A stretch of 64,000 bases of DNA from Planctomycetota bacterium (GCA_038227875.1 JBBRPR010000019.1:64001-128000); one strand, 5' to 3'. Positions 49,229-59,798 are shown, counted from the first letter of the stretch. The notes: a model not told the origin generated them from the letters alone. Made by a program: numbers and translations.

Positions 49229-51703
49229 TCAATATCCGAAATTTGCAGCGACTGACCAGATGCCGGCGCCGACGGTATTTTCTTTGCCAACCATTACGGC
49301 GCCACCATTGGCGGAATTCGCCGCTCCATCGGTGCGAGTCCAGACGATCGGCTTGGGATCTATCAACGTGACGCTATCCGCCGCGACCCAGCGATTTTCC
49401 TCAAATATCATGTCGAAACTGGAGTTATAGCGCGTAGTACTTTTCTTTCCCGATTCGGCATCCAGCACCTCCGTTTCACACGAATAGACAATCGCAGCCC
49501 GGTCGCCGGACAAGCGAATACCTTCGAGACGCGGCGCATCTTTTGAGAAGTAGTTTGCGCGCCAGGTGCGGTAGCTCAGCGCATCCAGGGGCGTGCCTGC
49601 TTTGAGGTTGTATTGTTCGATGAGGGACGCAATTGCCTTGGGGTTACCGACGGCGGCAGCCTTTTGACTTTCAAACACCTTCGATTGGGTGTCGTAATGA
49701 GTGCGCCGGCTCGCGCACCAGAAGTCACGGTACGCGGTCTCCACATCGCCCGAGCAGCCGGCTTTAAAATAGGCCTCGCAGCGGCTGCGCAAACCGCTGA
49801 GCTCCGCTTCGGCGTAATTGTATTTAATGATTCGATTCGCGCGCTCGCGAAATTCGGAAGTAGTGTGCCCGGCGGCGAGATCGGACAGTACCTTGATGGC
49901 AGCGATGCCGCCCTTTTGCAGAGCTTTTTCGGCGGCTTCCCGGGCATCGAATTCGGCTGAATCCAGTTCTTTGGCGTGCGCGGTCAACGCCTTCCGCTCG
50001 TCATCGCTGATTTGTGCGGCTTGCACCAGCTGCTGGATCCGCGACTCCAAAAATTTGAGCGCACCCGCGGCCAGTTCCTCGGGAGAAGGAATATCCAAAT
50101 CCCGGATCACCGATGAATTCAGCCGGTCCATGATATAGGGAGTGGCTGTAATGGTCAGCATCCTGGATTGCTCGTTGTAGGAGACATCCATGCCACGCTT
50201 CAACGACAGGAGTCGCCTGTGGATCACGCCAGGATAATTGGGCAATCTCGCACCTTCGAATTCGCCGATGTACTCGACTTCCGAACGGGCGGCCGGGAGA
50301 TCTTGATCCGTATCGTCGTATTTAGTCTCATCCAAAATCACTTTGGCATAGGTGTCGAGAAGGGAGAGCCGTGCTTCAAATGGAACACTGTTCAATGAAT
50401 TTTGATAGATGCTGCCACACGGATGCTGAAGTTTGAATTGGCGTGTGATCAACATTTCTGGCAACAACTTCAACCGGGTAGAAAGAAAGATGCCGTCCTT
50501 TCGATAACTGATTTCATATCCACGGTAGTCGTCGACCAATTGACCCAGGATCATTGCCAGAGGCAGCGGCGCGCTGGTTGTAAACGATTTGACCTCGGGG
50601 GCCGTTGAGCCAACTTGACCTGCACCCCTCGTAAGCGAGCCCGTGGCAAGATTAATCTGCGCAATCTGGCCGGGCGTTAAAAACGCCTGAGCGCGGGCCC
50701 TTGTGAGGGCGGAGTTCATCGACATGCTGTACTTTACAGAAATCGCAGAAACGCCATCGGTCCGCAGGTCGGTTTTGCAATCTGGATCGACGTAAATCGC
50801 GACCCCGGTTTGAGACGTAAAATCCGCAAAGACTTCGGCGAGCGTTTTATCGTGGATGTCGACGGTTACGAACTTCTGCCACGCCTGCTTGAGCGTCGCC
50901 TCATCCTGCAATGGCGGGAGATACAGGTCTGCCTTGATTTCTGGAGTGCTCTCGTTGCCTCGCACCATGGCGAAGAGTCCGCCACCCAGCACTGCAAGGA
51001 TCGCGACTTGTGCCGCCCATGATTTTGCGCGCGCCCAGAACATCATCTTGATCGTCGCTTTCGATACGGCGCCCGCGGCGTGAATATCCGCAAGAGCAAC
51101 CTGGGTGAGTGCGGCGGCATTTGAGGGCGCGCACGCTTCGCCGATGGACAACATCGCCGGCACGATCGCGATGGGAAGTTTCTCCTCGGCGAAGTGCCGT
51201 TGCAGCTTTTCCAATGCCCGGGAGGCGCGCTTCTCGGCGGCTTCCTCCGAGATTTTCAGGATTGATGCGACCTCTTTGAGTTTGCGTCCTTCCACGATCT
51301 TCAGCAGCACCGCTTTGCGTTCGTCGGACGAAAGCCGCCCGAGGCCTTCATCCAGAATCGCGGCGGTAAGAACGCCGGTGTCGCGTCCAATCTGGACGCC
51401 AGCCAGTTCCGTCGCCTGTCGTTCGGTCCGGCGGCGGCGCGATTCCTGTTTGAGTACATTGGCGCAGGCGAATCTGGCGGTGCGGATCAGCCAACCCGAA
51501 AGCACCGTGTCGGAACTCAGCGAGCGCGCTTTACAGGCCAAGACCACGAACGTGGCCTGCGCGGCGTCCTCGCACAAATGCGCATCCCCGAGTTGCCTGT
51601 GGCAGAGCATCCTCACGAAATTTGCGTAACGACGGACGATCTCCTCAAACGCCTCTTCCGAGCCGTTCCTGACGAACTCCTGCAGCAGGCCCCAATCGTT
51701 CAT
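49229..51703 (-). CDS. ECF sigma factor with TM helix and large extracytoplasmic extension
   Basis: SEEAFEEIVRRY, EDAAQATFVVLACKA..LSGWL, region 4 LKEVASILKISEEAAEKRASRALEKL; TM VAILAVLGGGLFAMV; STN-like KTLAEVFADFTSQTGVAIYVD. Confidence 0.85.
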   Translation of the reverse strand: MNDWGLLQEFVRNGSEEAFEEIVRRYANFVRMLCHRQLGDAHLCEDAAQATFVVLACKARSLSSDTVLSGWLIRTARFACANVLKQESRRRRTERQATELAGVQIGRDTGVLTAAILDEGLGRLSSDERKAVLLKIVEGRKLKEVASILKISEEAAEKRASRALEKLQRHFAEEKLPIAIVPAMLSIGEACAPSNAAALTQVALADIHAAGAVSKATIKMMFWARAKSWAAQVAILAVLGGGLFAMVRGNESTPEIKADLYLPPLQDEATLKQAWQKFVTVDIHDKTLAEVFADFTSQTGVAIYVDPDCKTDLRTDGVSAISVKYSMSMNSALTRARAQAFLTPGQIAQINLATGSLTRGAGQVGSTAPEVKSFTTSAPLPLAMILGQLVDDYRGYEISYRKDGIFLSTRLKLLPEMLITRQFKLQHPCGSIYQNSLNSVPFEARLSLLDTYAKVILDETKYDDTDQDLPAARSEVEYIGEFEGARLPNYPGVIHRRLLSLKRGMDVSYNEQSRMLTITATPYIMDRLNSSVIRDLDIPSPEELAAGALKFLESRIQQLVQAAQISDDERKALTAHAKELDSAEFDAREAAEKALQKGGIAAIKVLSDLAAGHTTSEFRERANRIIKYNYAEAELSGLRSRCEAYFKAGCSGDVETAYRDFWCASRRTHYDTQSKVFESQKAAAVGNPKAIASLIEQYNLKAGTPLDALSYRTWRANYFSKDAPRLEGIRLSGDRAAIVYSCETEVLDAESGKKSTTRYNSSFDMIFEENRWVAADSVTLIDPKPIVWTRTDGAANSANGGAVMVGKENTVGAGIWSVAANFGY

Positions 51704-51889
51704 TCCAACCTCTATGATAAAGCGTACGCCGGGAGGAAAACGGCGACATGATTATAAAATAATTTTCGTTGGGGTCGGCGTGTGATCCCAACAGGCTTTA
51801 AATGAGCGCAGCGGAAGGCGCAGGCGTGGGCGTTGCTGCTCGTACTACTGCACAATCATACGGGCCGTCGCAGTCAACAGCTCCAGATT

Positions 51890-52717
51890 TCAGCGGACGG
51901 TGCGCTGGTAGTACTTGCTTGGGGCGAGGCCGATGCGTTTGCGGAAGATGCGGCTGAAGTAGTAAATGTTTTCGAAGCCGCTCATCGCGGCGACGGTTTT
52001 GACGGGGAGCGTGGTGTTGGTGAGCAGTTCGCGGGCGCGAGAGAGGCGGGCGTCGATCAGGTCGTCGATGGGCGCGACGCCGAAGCTTTCGCGGTAGAGC
52101 GCAGCGAAGCGCGAGGGGCTCAGGTTGGCGCGTTGCGCCATCGCGGGGATCGTCCAACGCTTGCTCAGGTTTTGATGGACGTCGGTGCGCAGCGCGTGCA
52201 GGACGTCGTTCATCTCGGCGCGATGGTGTTTGCGGTTGCCGCTATTCGCTCCAGCGGCAACCGCATTTCTGCCGGCGAGCAGCAGCAGTTCCTCCAGCGC
52301 CAGCGAGGCGCGCGTTTCCCAGAAGCGTTCATGGCCCAGCAATTCCTGACGGATGCGCTCCAGGCAGCGCAGTAACTGCTCGGGATGCCGCGGATACATC
52401 AGGCAGTTGCGCGGGACGCCATAGTGCGCCGCCAGCTGCGGCGCGCGGCGGCCGTGAAAGTGAACGAAGCTGTTATCCAATATTCCCTGCTGCCGATGCG
52501 CGTTAACACCCCAGTAGAGATGCTGGTGGCCGGGCGTGTAGTAGATGCAGGCGCCCGCGCCGGTGTAATGGACTTCTTCAGAGCCGCCGAAGATGACGGC
52601 GACGGGCGCGTGAAACATGAGGAAAACAAAATCGCCGGAGCCGCGCGGGCGATGGATTTTAAAGTCCGGTCCGGCTCGCGTGTGAACTCCGGCAGATCCA
52701 AACTGGAATGAGACCAT
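51890..52717 (-). CDS. AraC family transcriptional regulator
   Basis: WTIPAMAQRANLSPSRFAALYRESFGVAP..SGFENIYYFSRIFRKRIGLAP. Confidence 0.92.
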   Translation of the reverse strand: MVSFQFGSAGVHTRAGPDFKIHRPRGSGDFVFLMFHAPVAVIFGGSEEVHYTGAGACIYYTPGHQHLYWGVNAHRQQGILDNSFVHFHGRRAPQLAAHYGVPRNCLMYPRHPEQLLRCLERIRQELLGHERFWETRASLALEELLLLAGRNAVAAGANSGNRKHHRAEMNDVLHALRTDVHQNLSKRWTIPAMAQRANLSPSRFAALYRESFGVAPIDDLIDARLSRARELLTNTTLPVKTVAAMSGFENIYYFSRIFRKRIGLAPSKYYQRTVR

Positions 52718-52853
52718 CCCGCGTGCTCCTCAAAATCAGTTGAATAGGTCAATTAGTTAGCGGCATCGTCCATTTATCTCATAGTCGTCGATCAGGTATA
52801 ATCAATCAGTGATTGGAGTATAGAACAAAGCATTGATTCTTCGAGGAGATCTC

Positions 52854-53744
52854 ATGTATCTGAATGAAATGCAAGCGTGCTTCGACCGCGATGGCTTTGT
52901 GCACTTAAAAGGCGCAATTGGTGCCGACGAATTGGCGGAGTTGCGAAACGAAACGGGACGCATGATCGAGGAAGGCTGGCGCGGCAAGGAGCCGAAGCAG
53001 CACTATTTTCATACCGCCGATCCGGGGTCGGGGGAAGACGTGTTTCATCGCATTCAGTTTCTTTTTCCCAAGGCGCAACGCAGCCCCAATCCCTTTCTGG
53101 CCTTGCTGGGACATCCGCGCTTGCTGGACGCGGTCGCCCAATTGCATCGGGGATTCCATTCCTGCATTTCCGGGGAGGCCCTCGTTTTCAAAACGCCGCG
53201 CAACGGGTTGGCGGTGCCCGTCCATTGCGATGGCGCAGAGTGGCAGCCAGGCATCACGCCGCGCGAAATCTTTTTTAATGTCGATGTCTACCTGGACGAT
53301 GCGACGCCAGAAAATGGCTGTTTACTCGCCGTGCCGGGAAGTCATCTGCGCCCGGCCAGAGAACTGCTGCGAAAGGGCTTCGACATTCCGTCGCTCATCC
53401 CCGTTCCCACGAAGGCGGGCGATGTGGTCATCCACAACACACGTGTCATTCACGGTTCGCACGCCAGCCGCTCGGCGTCGCTGCGCCGCACGATCTACTA
53501 TGAATTCCGAACAGTGGAATGGATGTCGAGCCCCGAGCATGCGGCGCTTATGGGCATGCCAGGCCGGGATATGAGGCCGTGGATCAAGGCGCGGATGAGT
53601 CTTTTGAAGCACGCCATCGCGCTGCGCAAATCCTGTCCATACGGCGCTGGTGAACCGCCGACTGCGTTTCAGATTCCGGAAGATTGGCTCACGAATGCGG
53701 GCGAGCTGAATCTCGCGCCGACATTTGGCGGGAGTCACTTTTGA
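52854..53744 (+). CDS. PhyH-family Fe(II)/2-oxoglutarate dioxygenase
   Basis: FDRDGFV, canonical HCD, YLDDATPENGCLLAVPGSH, KAGDVVIHNTRVIHGS, RRTIYYEF; GAGGAG RBS. Confidence 0.9.
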   Translation: MYLNEMQACFDRDGFVHLKGAIGADELAELRNETGRMIEEGWRGKEPKQHYFHTADPGSGEDVFHRIQFLFPKAQRSPNPFLALLGHPRLLDAVAQLHRGFHSCISGEALVFKTPRNGLAVPVHCDGAEWQPGITPREIFFNVDVYLDDATPENGCLLAVPGSHLRPARELLRKGFDIPSLIPVPTKAGDVVIHNTRVIHGSHASRSASLRRTIYYEFRTVEWMSSPEHAALMGMPGRDMRPWIKARMSLLKHAIALRKSCPYGAGEPPTAFQIPEDWLTNAGELNLAPTFGGSHF

Positions 53745-53967
53745 CGCGCTACTTCTTGGCTGCGGCGCCGGGGTCGTAGAGTTCGGTGTGTTCGGCACAG
53801 GCGGCGGACAGTGGAGGGAGTTCGCTGGCGCGCAATGAAAAGGTCGTTGCAAAAATCACCAACGCGAAGCTCAGTGCAGCATGAATTGAACGCGAGAACT
53901 TAACGGTCATGGTGCGAAATCTCCCTGGGCAGGAGCGCAGAATATGACAGCGCTGCCATCCAAACAG

Positions 53968-55599
53968 TTACTTTTTCGCCAGCAGCCGCAAGATGGCCGC
54001 GTTGCCGCGCGCATAATCGGCGACGCTTTTTCCGCTTTTGTTGCGCGCATGCTTGTCGGCGCCGTGTTCGAGCAGCCAGCGCATGGAAGCCACGGAGCCT
54101 TTTTTCGCGACATGCATCAGCAGAGTCGCTTGCATCTCATCGCGCGCATCGAGGTTCGCGCCGCGCGCGGCGAGCAGTTCCATCACGGGAATGGGATCTA
54201 GCTTCGAGCGCGTCTTCGCCAGTTGCAGCAGGGGCGTCAGGCCTTCTTCGTCGAGCGCATCGGGCTTGGCGCCGCGCTCAAGCAGCAACGTGATCAGCGG
54301 CAGCTTGCCGCTGCGCACGGCGTAGTGCAGCGCCGTGTGGCCGTGGCGGTCGCGATCGTCGAGATTCGCGCCATAGCTGAGCAGCACGTTGACGCGATGA
54401 AGTTCGTTGGTGCTCACGTCGGGCCGACAGGCGCGCGGCAGCATCCATTCGGGAACTTTCTTGCCGCTGGCGATCAACAGATCGGCGATCGGTCTCTGCG
54501 CATCATCGAGTCTGCCGAGGTAACCGGCGCGCTGGACTTCGGCGCCGTGTTCGACGAGCGCCTTCACGAGATCGAAGCGGTTCATCACGACTGCCATGGT
54601 CAGCAGCTTGCCGCTTTGCGCTGCGACTGCGGCGCCGCGTTCGAGCAGCAGATTCACACAATCGATATTCCCGCCGCAGACGGCGTGGACGAGCAGGGAT
54701 GCCTCCTGAAAATCGTCGGCGGGGTCGATCGCGTTCAAAAGTTTGGGGTTGCGGTCGAGGAATTTGCGGAGCGAGGCCAAATCGCCGAGCCACGCGCCGG
54801 TGAAGACATCGTCGATCGCTCCGTGCTCGATCAAGACGGGAACCAGCGCGGGCTGCCACTTCTTCGCCAGCGCCAGGGGCGTGACGGAGACACCCGTTCC
54901 CAGGTGAACCTGGTCGCAGGCCATGGTGGTTTCCATGGGATCGCAGCCAGGCAGATTGGGATTGGCGCCCGCGAGCAGCGCCGTCTGTAGAATCTTGGGG
55001 CGGTTGCGATAGACGGAAATCCAGACCAGCGACTGGCCGTGCAGCCCGCGGCCTTGGGCAAGCGCGGGATTTTTTCGCAGCGCTTTGCAGACGGCCTCGG
55101 TTCGTCCTTTTGCGGCATCGGACAAAACTGACGCCAGCCGCACCAGTGCCGGGTCCTGGACGCCGTCGCAGTGCCGGTTGAGATCGGACTCCTTCGTTTC
55201 AGGACTGTGGATCATGGATTTGGCGATGCGCGCGAGCAGACGCATGATGGGATCGGGATCGGCGCCGCGGGCTGCGAGTGCTTCACGCATGCAGCGCAGC
55301 CACGCGGCGGCCGTTTTCGGGCTGATGTAGCGGGGCTGATGCCGGCGCAACAAGCCGCCGTCGAACTGGTCGGAATACTCGCGCTCACCGCCAAACCACT
55401 GCAGAAAAAATCGTGCAGCTTCAGCGTGGTTGAGATGGCGAAAGGCCAAGCGGAGCACCGGGTCCTCGCCGATGCGCCGATAGAGATCCTCAATCAGCGC
55501 CGAGATGCCCGTGCGTCCGCCCAGAGCTTCGAACAGCTTCGGGTCGGGGTACTCAACGAGCGCCTCACCACGGTGGCGGAGTTCTTTGTGGTCTGTCAT
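53968..55599 (-). CDS. Truncated hemoglobin (group II-like) fused to ankyrin repeats
   Basis: LFEALGG..DLYRRIGEDPVL..FFLQWFGGEREYS..LLRRH..AAWLRCMREAL, then ankyrins (GHTALHYAVRSG, GLTPLL). Confidence 0.85.
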   Translation of the reverse strand: MTDHKELRHRGEALVEYPDPKLFEALGGRTGISALIEDLYRRIGEDPVLRLAFRHLNHAEAARFFLQWFGGEREYSDQFDGGLLRRHQPRYISPKTAAAWLRCMREALAARGADPDPIMRLLARIAKSMIHSPETKESDLNRHCDGVQDPALVRLASVLSDAAKGRTEAVCKALRKNPALAQGRGLHGQSLVWISVYRNRPKILQTALLAGANPNLPGCDPMETTMACDQVHLGTGVSVTPLALAKKWQPALVPVLIEHGAIDDVFTGAWLGDLASLRKFLDRNPKLLNAIDPADDFQEASLLVHAVCGGNIDCVNLLLERGAAVAAQSGKLLTMAVVMNRFDLVKALVEHGAEVQRAGYLGRLDDAQRPIADLLIASGKKVPEWMLPRACRPDVSTNELHRVNVLLSYGANLDDRDRHGHTALHYAVRSGKLPLITLLLERGAKPDALDEEGLTPLLQLAKTRSKLDPIPVMELLAARGANLDARDEMQATLLMHVAKKGSVASMRWLLEHGADKHARNKSGKSVADYARGNAAILRLLAKK

Positions 55600-55698
55600 T
55601 CAGAAGTCTCAATCGCTTGCTGACGATCCAGAACGTGCACGCAGCAATGCCGATAACTTCTCTGATGCTACCACGCGCGGCAATTTCCTCCCACGACG

Positions 55699-56478
55699 TT
55701 AGATTTTACGAACTGGAGATTCCGACGTCTCTGTAGGTGACGCCGCGGAACGATCAGCAGCCAGTTGCGGAACAAACATGGGGACGCGCTTTTGGTAGTT
55801 CCGGTACATGCCGCCGAACGTTTCCACCAGGTCGCGTTCTTCGACACGGGCCGCGAGAATCATGTAGAGCGTCATCGTTCCGGCAAAGATCAAGTGGCCG
55901 AGGGACATCGTCGGTGTAGCCCAGAACGCCAGCGCCCATCCCACATATAAAGGATGTCGGATTCGGCTGTAGAGCATCGGTGTGCGGAAGGGCAACGCGG
56001 CGTAGGGCCGCCCTTGAAGATGGAGCCAGACCTGCCGGGTACCGAACAAGTCGAAGTGATTGATCATCAAACTCGCTGAGGGAACCAAGAGCCAACCGGC
56101 GGCGAAAAGCGCCCAAAGAAGCGTGCGCGCCACGGGTTGTTGAACGTCCCAAACGGTCGCGTCGAGACTCCGCCACTGCCACATCAACAACGCGCTGACT
56201 GCATTTGAGACCAGCACATAGGTGCTGCGCTCGATCGGCTGCGGGACGATCCGTGTCCAGTATCGCTTGAACCACGGGCGTGCCATGATGGAATGTTGCA
56301 GTCCGAACAAGGCGATCAGCAAGATATCGATGACGATCGCGCTGAGGTCATTGAATGGCGCCGAGTCGATGGATTTCGGAACGAGAAAATTGCCCACGAA
56401 GCCGGCCATGTAAGCAAAGATCACGAAGAACAGCAGGTGAGCAAACACACCGTAGAAAAAAAAGCTCCAGCGTCGCAT
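55699..56478 (-). CDS. mddA: Methanethiol S-methyltransferase-like (ICMT/NnrU-like membrane methyltransferase)
   Basis: GFVGNFLVPKSID, LFGLQHSIMARPWFKRYWTRIVPQPIERSTYVL, HFDLFGTRQVW, RHPLYVG, WATPTMSLGHL, EERDL. Confidence 0.8.
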   Translation of the reverse strand: MRRWSFFFYGVFAHLLFFVIFAYMAGFVGNFLVPKSIDSAPFNDLSAIVIDILLIALFGLQHSIMARPWFKRYWTRIVPQPIERSTYVLVSNAVSALLMWQWRSLDATVWDVQQPVARTLLWALFAAGWLLVPSASLMINHFDLFGTRQVWLHLQGRPYAALPFRTPMLYSRIRHPLYVGWALAFWATPTMSLGHLIFAGTMTLYMILAARVEERDLVETFGGMYRNYQKRVPMFVPQLAADRSAASPTETSESPVRKI

Positions 56479-56671
56479 GAGTAAGTCTCCTGAATAGGGT
56501 TTGAACAAGATCAGCCGCGTCCGCGACAACCCGCGTGCCCGCGCTGTGCTTCTTCACATTACGCTGGATGCAAAGCTTGGTAAGTTGACTGCGGGTACAC
56601 CGGGGGTTGACTTGAAGTACACCCCATGGACAATTTCAGCTTCCTGCACTTACTTATTGCGAGGTATTCCT

Positions 56672-57259
56672 ATGCCTTCAACGCGCCAGCGATTAACAGA
56701 GTCAGCCCTGCGGCGGTTTTACCGCGACGGTTTTCGTAACGTGGGCCTGGATCAGGTGCTCGACGATGTCGGTATCAGCAAGACCGCGTTCTATAAACAT
56801 TTTGAATGCAAGGAAGACTTGGTGCTCGCCGCCCTGGACATGCAGAACCGCTGGATGCAGGACTCCCTAAGTTCAATGGTTCGCGAGTACGGCGGCGTTA
56901 CTCCGGTGGGGCAACTCCGGTCCTTGCTCGATGTGGTGGACAAGATCATCAGCGCTGACGACTACAAGGGCTGTATTTTTGTCAACGTCGCGATGGAGTA
57001 TCCGCTGGCGCACGAGCCAGCTCACATCGCGGCCGCAAAACACAAGCAGTCCATCGAATCGATCGTGCGCGAACTGGCCACGCAGGCGGGTGCCGCTGAT
57101 CCTCAGCAGATGGCGCGTGAGTTGTGCCTGATCATGGAAGGCGCGTACGTCACGCGGCAGATCACCGGCGACAAGCAGAGCATCAATGTGGCCCGCCGAC
57201 TTGCGGATCTGGTCATCGCCGCGCACCTACCGACCAGCGCCGCCGCCGCGGATGCTTGA
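56672..57259 (+). CDS. TetR/AcrR family regulator, divergent from mddA
   Basis: RFYRDGFRNVGLDQVLDDVGISKTAFYKHFECKEDLV; GCIFVNVAME. Confidence 0.93.
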   Translation: MPSTRQRLTESALRRFYRDGFRNVGLDQVLDDVGISKTAFYKHFECKEDLVLAALDMQNRWMQDSLSSMVREYGGVTPVGQLRSLLDVVDKIISADDYKGCIFVNVAMEYPLAHEPAHIAAAKHKQSIESIVRELATQAGAADPQQMARELCLIMEGAYVTRQITGDKQSINVARRLADLVIAAHLPTSAAAADA

Positions 57260-59236
57260 TTACTTCCCAGCTAATCGCGAGAGCAACAGTCTGGCCAACT
57301 CCCCCTGCCCGCTGGCCGGCGGAATTTTTTCCAGCAGGTCACGCGCATTTGAAATGTCTTTACGGACTTGCTGGGGATCCGCGGCATCGAGTTCCGAAAG
57401 CCGGATAAACACGCGCGCTTTGGCGGTTACCGCTTGAAAATCGTAAAGATGTGCAGCGATGGATTGATTCGCGGCGTCGAGCGCTTGTTTGCATTTCTGG
57501 AGGCGCTGATCCGCGGTTAAGTTTGCGTCGAAGGACTCCCGCAGATTCGTTTCCGTCATCACCAGCCAGGCGAAAGCGAGCGTTTGCGGCAGGTAGCTGC
57601 GCTTGGGAATTGCGTTGCCGGCTCCGGTTTCGGGGAGTTGCGTCCAGCCTGCCGGCGGCAGCCAGCCATCGAGGCGTTCGCGCGCGGCGTCGAAACGATT
57701 CTGGCGCATCAGCAGGTCGGCGATGGTGGCGCGCAGGTAGAACACTTCGAAAAAATTCTCGACGTCGGGGCACTCGAGCGCCTTTTCGTATTGCGCCAGC
57801 AGTGCGTTGCCGAGCGTCGTGGCGAGTTGGGGATCAGGCGTCGCGCCCTGAGGCGAAGCGCGCTCGTATTCCGTGCGCAGCACCGTGGACGCACAGAGCC
57901 GCGCCATCGCGGAGCGCGGCTGTTTTTGCACCGCGTCAAAAAAGAGCGTCAGCTCGCTGTTGTAATCGGCGGAGCGAAGCAGGGCTAGATATCCGAGTGC
58001 GACGAGCGCGGCGGTCGCAGCATAGGCTCCAAATCGCGTCACCTGCAGACGTGCCAGCAGTCCTTCAGCGGCCAGCGCGAGCGCCAGAATCAATCCCGCC
58101 GATGCGGCATAGGCGTAGCGGTCCTGCAGAAAGTACGGCAGCGCGATGAGATTCCAATTGGGGCCGAGCATTCCGACAAACCAGAAGAGTCCGAGCAGCG
58201 CGAGGCGTCGTTGAGTGCCTGCCGACACGACGAGCGCGCCGAAAGTCGCGAATACGGCCGCGCCGCAGAGCCACAGTCTCGGATCGGCCAGCGAAACAAT
58301 GGGATCGACGGCGTAGAAGAAACTCAACCCAACCGGAACGAAAATGTGTGCGATGTAGCGCAGCGCCAATTGCGAGTCCGTCAAAATTGCGGTCCATACG
58401 CTGCCGCCGGGCGGCTGAACGACGCGATGGATTGAATGAATGCTCAGCGCCATGACTCCGACACTTAAAAACACCGCCGGCGCCAGATGCAGCGCGAGCC
58501 GCCTCCAGGATGCGGCCTGACTGGCTACGAATGCGCGCTCAATTGGGTCGATGATTTCCAAAGCAACAAAAACGGGCAACAGTCCCAGCGCGGTCGGCTT
58601 ACTGAAAAGTGCGAGCAGATAAAACGCGCTCACGAGAAGCCAGCGCCAGGATTTATCGCGCGGTAACGTCCACGCCAGCAGCGCGGCGAATCCAAAGAGC
58701 GCCGCGAGCACATTCTTGCGTTCGGCGATCCAACAGACCGATTCGCACGCCATCGGGTGTCCTGTCCACGCCAGCGCCGTGAAGAGCGCTACGCCGGGTG
58801 AGGCGCTGAGTCGCCGGAGCATTTTCCAGAGGAGCCAACCGGCCAGCGTGTGATAGAGCGCGTTCATCAGGCGCACGCCGGGCGCCCACGCGTCCGATGG
58901 CTGTGGATAGTCGAGCGGCTCATTGACGCTGTCACCAGGAGCAGCGGTCTCCGTCATTCCCGGACGTGGCACGCCGAACAGCGCGTAGTCCAGGCGGTAC
59001 GACGCTGTCGCCACGAATTCCAGATAGAGCAGAGGGCGCCAGGAATCCTGCGCGAAGCGCTGCTGCGGTGGAGGCGTCAGCCAGGGTTCTTCGACGGCGA
59101 GGTAAATGTGGGCGGCATCGTCGTAGTGATAAAACGGCGCGCTCCACGACCGACTGACCACCAAGGCGCTCATAACCAATAGCAGGGCAAAGACAACGCC
59201 GGAGTGCTCGGGCCAAGTCAATTTTGGTGGGGACAT
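57260..59236 (-). CDS. TMTC-like membrane glycosyltransferase (GT-C)
   Basis: FYHYDD, HPMACESVCWIAERKNVL, LALFSKP, QDRYAY; helical C-terminus. Confidence 0.8.
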   Translation of the reverse strand: MSPPKLTWPEHSGVVFALLLVMSALVVSRSWSAPFYHYDDAAHIYLAVEEPWLTPPPQQRFAQDSWRPLLYLEFVATASYRLDYALFGVPRPGMTETAAPGDSVNEPLDYPQPSDAWAPGVRLMNALYHTLAGWLLWKMLRRLSASPGVALFTALAWTGHPMACESVCWIAERKNVLAALFGFAALLAWTLPRDKSWRWLLVSAFYLLALFSKPTALGLLPVFVALEIIDPIERAFVASQAASWRRLALHLAPAVFLSVGVMALSIHSIHRVVQPPGGSVWTAILTDSQLALRYIAHIFVPVGLSFFYAVDPIVSLADPRLWLCGAAVFATFGALVVSAGTQRRLALLGLFWFVGMLGPNWNLIALPYFLQDRYAYAASAGLILALALAAEGLLARLQVTRFGAYAATAALVALGYLALLRSADYNSELTLFFDAVQKQPRSAMARLCASTVLRTEYERASPQGATPDPQLATTLGNALLAQYEKALECPDVENFFEVFYLRATIADLLMRQNRFDAARERLDGWLPPAGWTQLPETGAGNAIPKRSYLPQTLAFAWLVMTETNLRESFDANLTADQRLQKCKQALDAANQSIAAHLYDFQAVTAKARVFIRLSELDAADPQQVRKDISNARDLLEKIPPASGQGELARLLLSRLAGK

Positions 59237-59374
59237 ATCGAGAGACTAATGAGATGGAGCGCGCAACGCAATCGTGCTCGCAGTGGGTAAGCAGCTTGCG
59301 CCGCGCCATTCGTCAAACTGATCGTTGTGCCGGACGTGATTGCGGTATTTAATACGCACGGAGGAAAAAGCGAT

Positions 59375-59785
59375 ATGGATATTCAACGCAGTGGTTCCAA
59401 GCCATCCAACAAAGGCCCGGCTGACTGGTTTACCGGAACGGTGCGGATTGATCCGTTATTTCAAGCTGCCGCTCCGGCACGCGGGGCGGGCAATCATGTC
59501 ACATTTGAGCCGGGTGCTAGAACCGCGTGGCACACGCACCCGCTGGGGCAGACGCTGATTGTCACGTCCGGTTTCGGCTGGGCGCAACGGTGGGGCGGCC
59601 CGGTCGAAGAAATTCGTCCCGGCGACGTGGTTTGGTTTCCGGCGGGCGAAAAGCATTGGCACGGCGCGACCTCCACCACGGCCATGACGCATATTGCCAT
59701 TCAGGAAAGTCTCGACGGCAAAGCGGTCGACTGGTTGGAGCATGTCAGTGACGAGCAATACCAGGCCCGCAAGACAAACTCATAG
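59375..59785 (+). CDS. Cupin domain protein (hydroxynitrile lyase-like family)
   Basis: [49 protein letters not shown]. Confidence 0.9.
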   Translation: MDIQRSGSKPSNKGPADWFTGTVRIDPLFQAAAPARGAGNHVTFEPGARTAWHTHPLGQTLIVTSGFGWAQRWGGPVEEIRPGDVVWFPAGEKHWHGATSTTAMTHIAIQESLDGKAVDWLEHVSDEQYQARKTNS

Positions 59786-59798
59786 GAGCATTAAAACC

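Noticed and set aside
44724..53900. Prophage or genomic island
   Set aside because: Patchy lower GC, but no integrase, tRNA, att-like repeats or phage genes are visible
56595..56631. TetR operator (GTACACC repeated twice)
   Set aside because: Only a 7-bp direct repeat with poor dyad symmetry; not enough to call
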